A DNA stretch of 63,075 bases, counting the filler, from Olpidium bornovanus S191 (lineage: Eukaryota; Fungi; Olpidiomycota), in assembly GCA_017911155.1 (NCBI GenBank). It is 33 parts of 33 records of this genome, joined end to end, with 100 filler letters (N's around TTAATTAATTAA, not from the genome) between each part and the next. Parts side by side here need not be neighbours in the genome. Positions count along the whole stretch, not along the records: positions 61,442 to 63,075 come from JAEFCI010010686.1; 32 more parts are not named here. One strand, 5' to 3'. The translations under genes were made by a program, and so were the position numbers. Shown here piece by piece: positions 61,342 to 63,075 of the stretch (position 1 is its first letter; each line of letters starts with the position of its first letter). Under the pieces are notes generated by a model. It saw nothing but the letters and a program-made list of their open reading frames with translations. It did no database searches and had not been told where the DNA came from.

Positions 61342-61858
61342 NNNNNNNNNNNNNNNNNNNNNNNNNNNNNNNNNNNNNNNNNNNNTTAATTAATTAANNN
61401 NNNNNNNNNNNNNNNNNNNNNNNNNNNNNNNNNNNNNNNNNAACCGAGAAACGGTTCTGCGAAATTTGCCAATGTTAAGCAGCCGCCCGGCAGCACGTGT
61501 AATCCACGACGAGTAGCGGCTCCGGCGCGGAACTCTTTCTGTTTGGCTGTGGAAAGAGCATGCTTGTCGGATCGCATGTGAGCGGGAACATTCGCCACGA
61601 AAAAAATGAAAATACGAGCTTATCCCTTCAACTTTTTCGAAAGCCTTTTTTTTGCTTTCAGCATCGCGGGGCGGACTTTTGTGTCACCGTGACGGCGCGC
61701 CAAGTTCTCCTGGGGTGTATTTAACCGATTCCACTCTGTTTTTTGGTTTAGGACGCCTAACCTCTTTTTCCCTGTTCTCCTTACGAACACACCGCCTTTC
61801 CTTTCAAGCAACGGCAAGGAAGTTATCCAGAAACGGCGCTTTCTGAGCGGCAGCGCGA

Positions 61859-62497
61859 ATGCATCGCACCAGAGCGGTCCTCATCGCCCTGGCGGTGGTC
61901 CTGCCGCCGGCGACGCTGTCGACGCCAGGCGACAGCCGCGAGGTCGCGAAGGGAACGATGAGCCTGAGCTTTCCGAAGAGTATCGAAATCGGACGCCCCC
62001 TCAACTTCAACTACACCGTGGTCGGCGTGCCGTCGCGCAGGGGTCCGTTCCCGGTCGAGGCGCCACAAGCGCGCCTCCCGCTTAAGCTGAAGGACGGGAG
62101 CGGGGACGTGCTGGCGACCATCGACCAGGTCTCCGACAAGCTGAAGACGCTTAGCGCCAAAAACGGCGAGTACGCCGTGAGCGCCAAGATGAGGTGGCCG
62201 AAGATCGCGCCCGGCGCCAAGAACCTCACGCTCGACATCGACGTGTGGCCGGGCTCGCTGTCTGTCAACGGAGAGAGGTTCACCCTGAATGTCATCTCCA
62301 GCGGCGACAAGGGGTACCCGGGAGACCGCACCCTCGAAGGCGCGGCGGGCCCCGACACCATTGTCACGCCCAAGTCGGCCGCCCGGAAAAGCGCCGCCGC
62401 CGCCGCGGCGCACCCATTTTATTTCCCTCTCACCCGATCCGCGACGGCGGCGTGCGCCCTTCCCGCCCTCGCGGCGGCGGCGGGGTCGTTTTTCTGA
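61859..62497 (+). CDS. Intronless secreted, probably GPI-anchored surface protein with a beta-rich domain
   Basis: Signal peptide MHRTRAVLIALAVVLPPATLS, alternating beta-strand pattern, N-glycosylation sequons (NYT, NLT), and an S/A-rich linker followed by a hydrophobic C-terminus. Confidence 0.75.
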   Translation: MHRTRAVLIALAVVLPPATLSTPGDSREVAKGTMSLSFPKSIEIGRPLNFNYTVVGVPSRRGPFPVEAPQARLPLKLKDGSGDVLATIDQVSDKLKTLSAKNGEYAVSAKMRWPKIAPGAKNLTLDIDVWPGSLSVNGERFTLNVISSGDKGYPGDRTLEGAAGPDTIVTPKSAARKSAAAAAAHPFYFPLTRSATAACALPALAAAAGSFF

Positions 62498-63075
62498 CGA
62501 GAAGGGAGAGGGAACCGCGGAAAACGCCGGGAGCCTCTGTCTCTCCCTCATTTTTTTGGCCGCTCGCATCCTCTCCAAGGGAGAGCAGGTGCTGGTGGTG
62601 TCGGAAAAACTTAATCTAGCTCAGAACGCGACGGAACGCGCGAACTTGCTATTACGTCCAGACAAAAACCAACGTCAAACCCGCACGTGCATAAATAATA
62701 TGCCCTGAAATAAGACAACGCCCGCGAGAAGGGCAAGGGGCGCGGTTTGTGGTGCGCACGAATGGTCACGGCTGCGGTTGGTGAGAGAGATCGGTGCCGA
62801 CCGTATGTAACGAGTGGCCCTCGTATCAATCGCCGCCTGCCGGATTGCCGTCCCGAAGGCCGGAGTTTCCGTTTCCCCCGAATGTACTCTGCTTTCGGCC
62901 GTCGCCCGGCCGAGATCCGCGCTTAATGTATCTTAGTAAAAATCAGTTTCCCGTCATGTGCGGCTTGCAGCACAGCAAACAGACCAGGGCGGGTAAACAT
63001 TATCTCAGCATTCTGGTATTCAAACAGGAGGCGAAAATATATGTATATACAGCACAGCCGTTTTTGCAACCGCAT

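Overview
This window is not one contiguous locus. It is 33 short genomic fragments (about 1-4 kb) joined by 32 identical artificial 100-bp linkers (44 N + TTAATTAATTAA + 44 N), so adjacency across a linker means nothing. The DNA is GC-rich, intron-rich, homopolymer-rich and eukaryotic. Fungal-type genes (Cdc24 PH domain, Gbp2/Hrb1, EGCrP-type GH5, KDM4/Rph1, PRS5, UNG1, UTP25, RPT2, TRAPPC2L) occur with flagellar genes (IFT140, ODAD2/ARMC4, CFAP73/CCDC42) and an EFL GTPase, which points to a zoosporic fungus; Olpidium-like is my inference, not verified. There are degenerate Ty1/copia fragments (one with PPT + LTR) and a hAT transposase remnant. The most notable candidates were found by manual splicing: (i) a p1-like subunit of the MTA1c DNA N6-adenine methyltransferase complex (26.7-27.8 kb), (ii) a TET/JBP-like 2OG-Fe(II) dioxygenase (55.7-56.6 kb), (iii) a stand-alone RNase III with an atypical signature and a SIM-bearing disordered tail (17.6-19.8 kb), and (iv) strong enrichment of CATG at fragment ends. 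Family assignments rest on remembered motifs; no database search was run.
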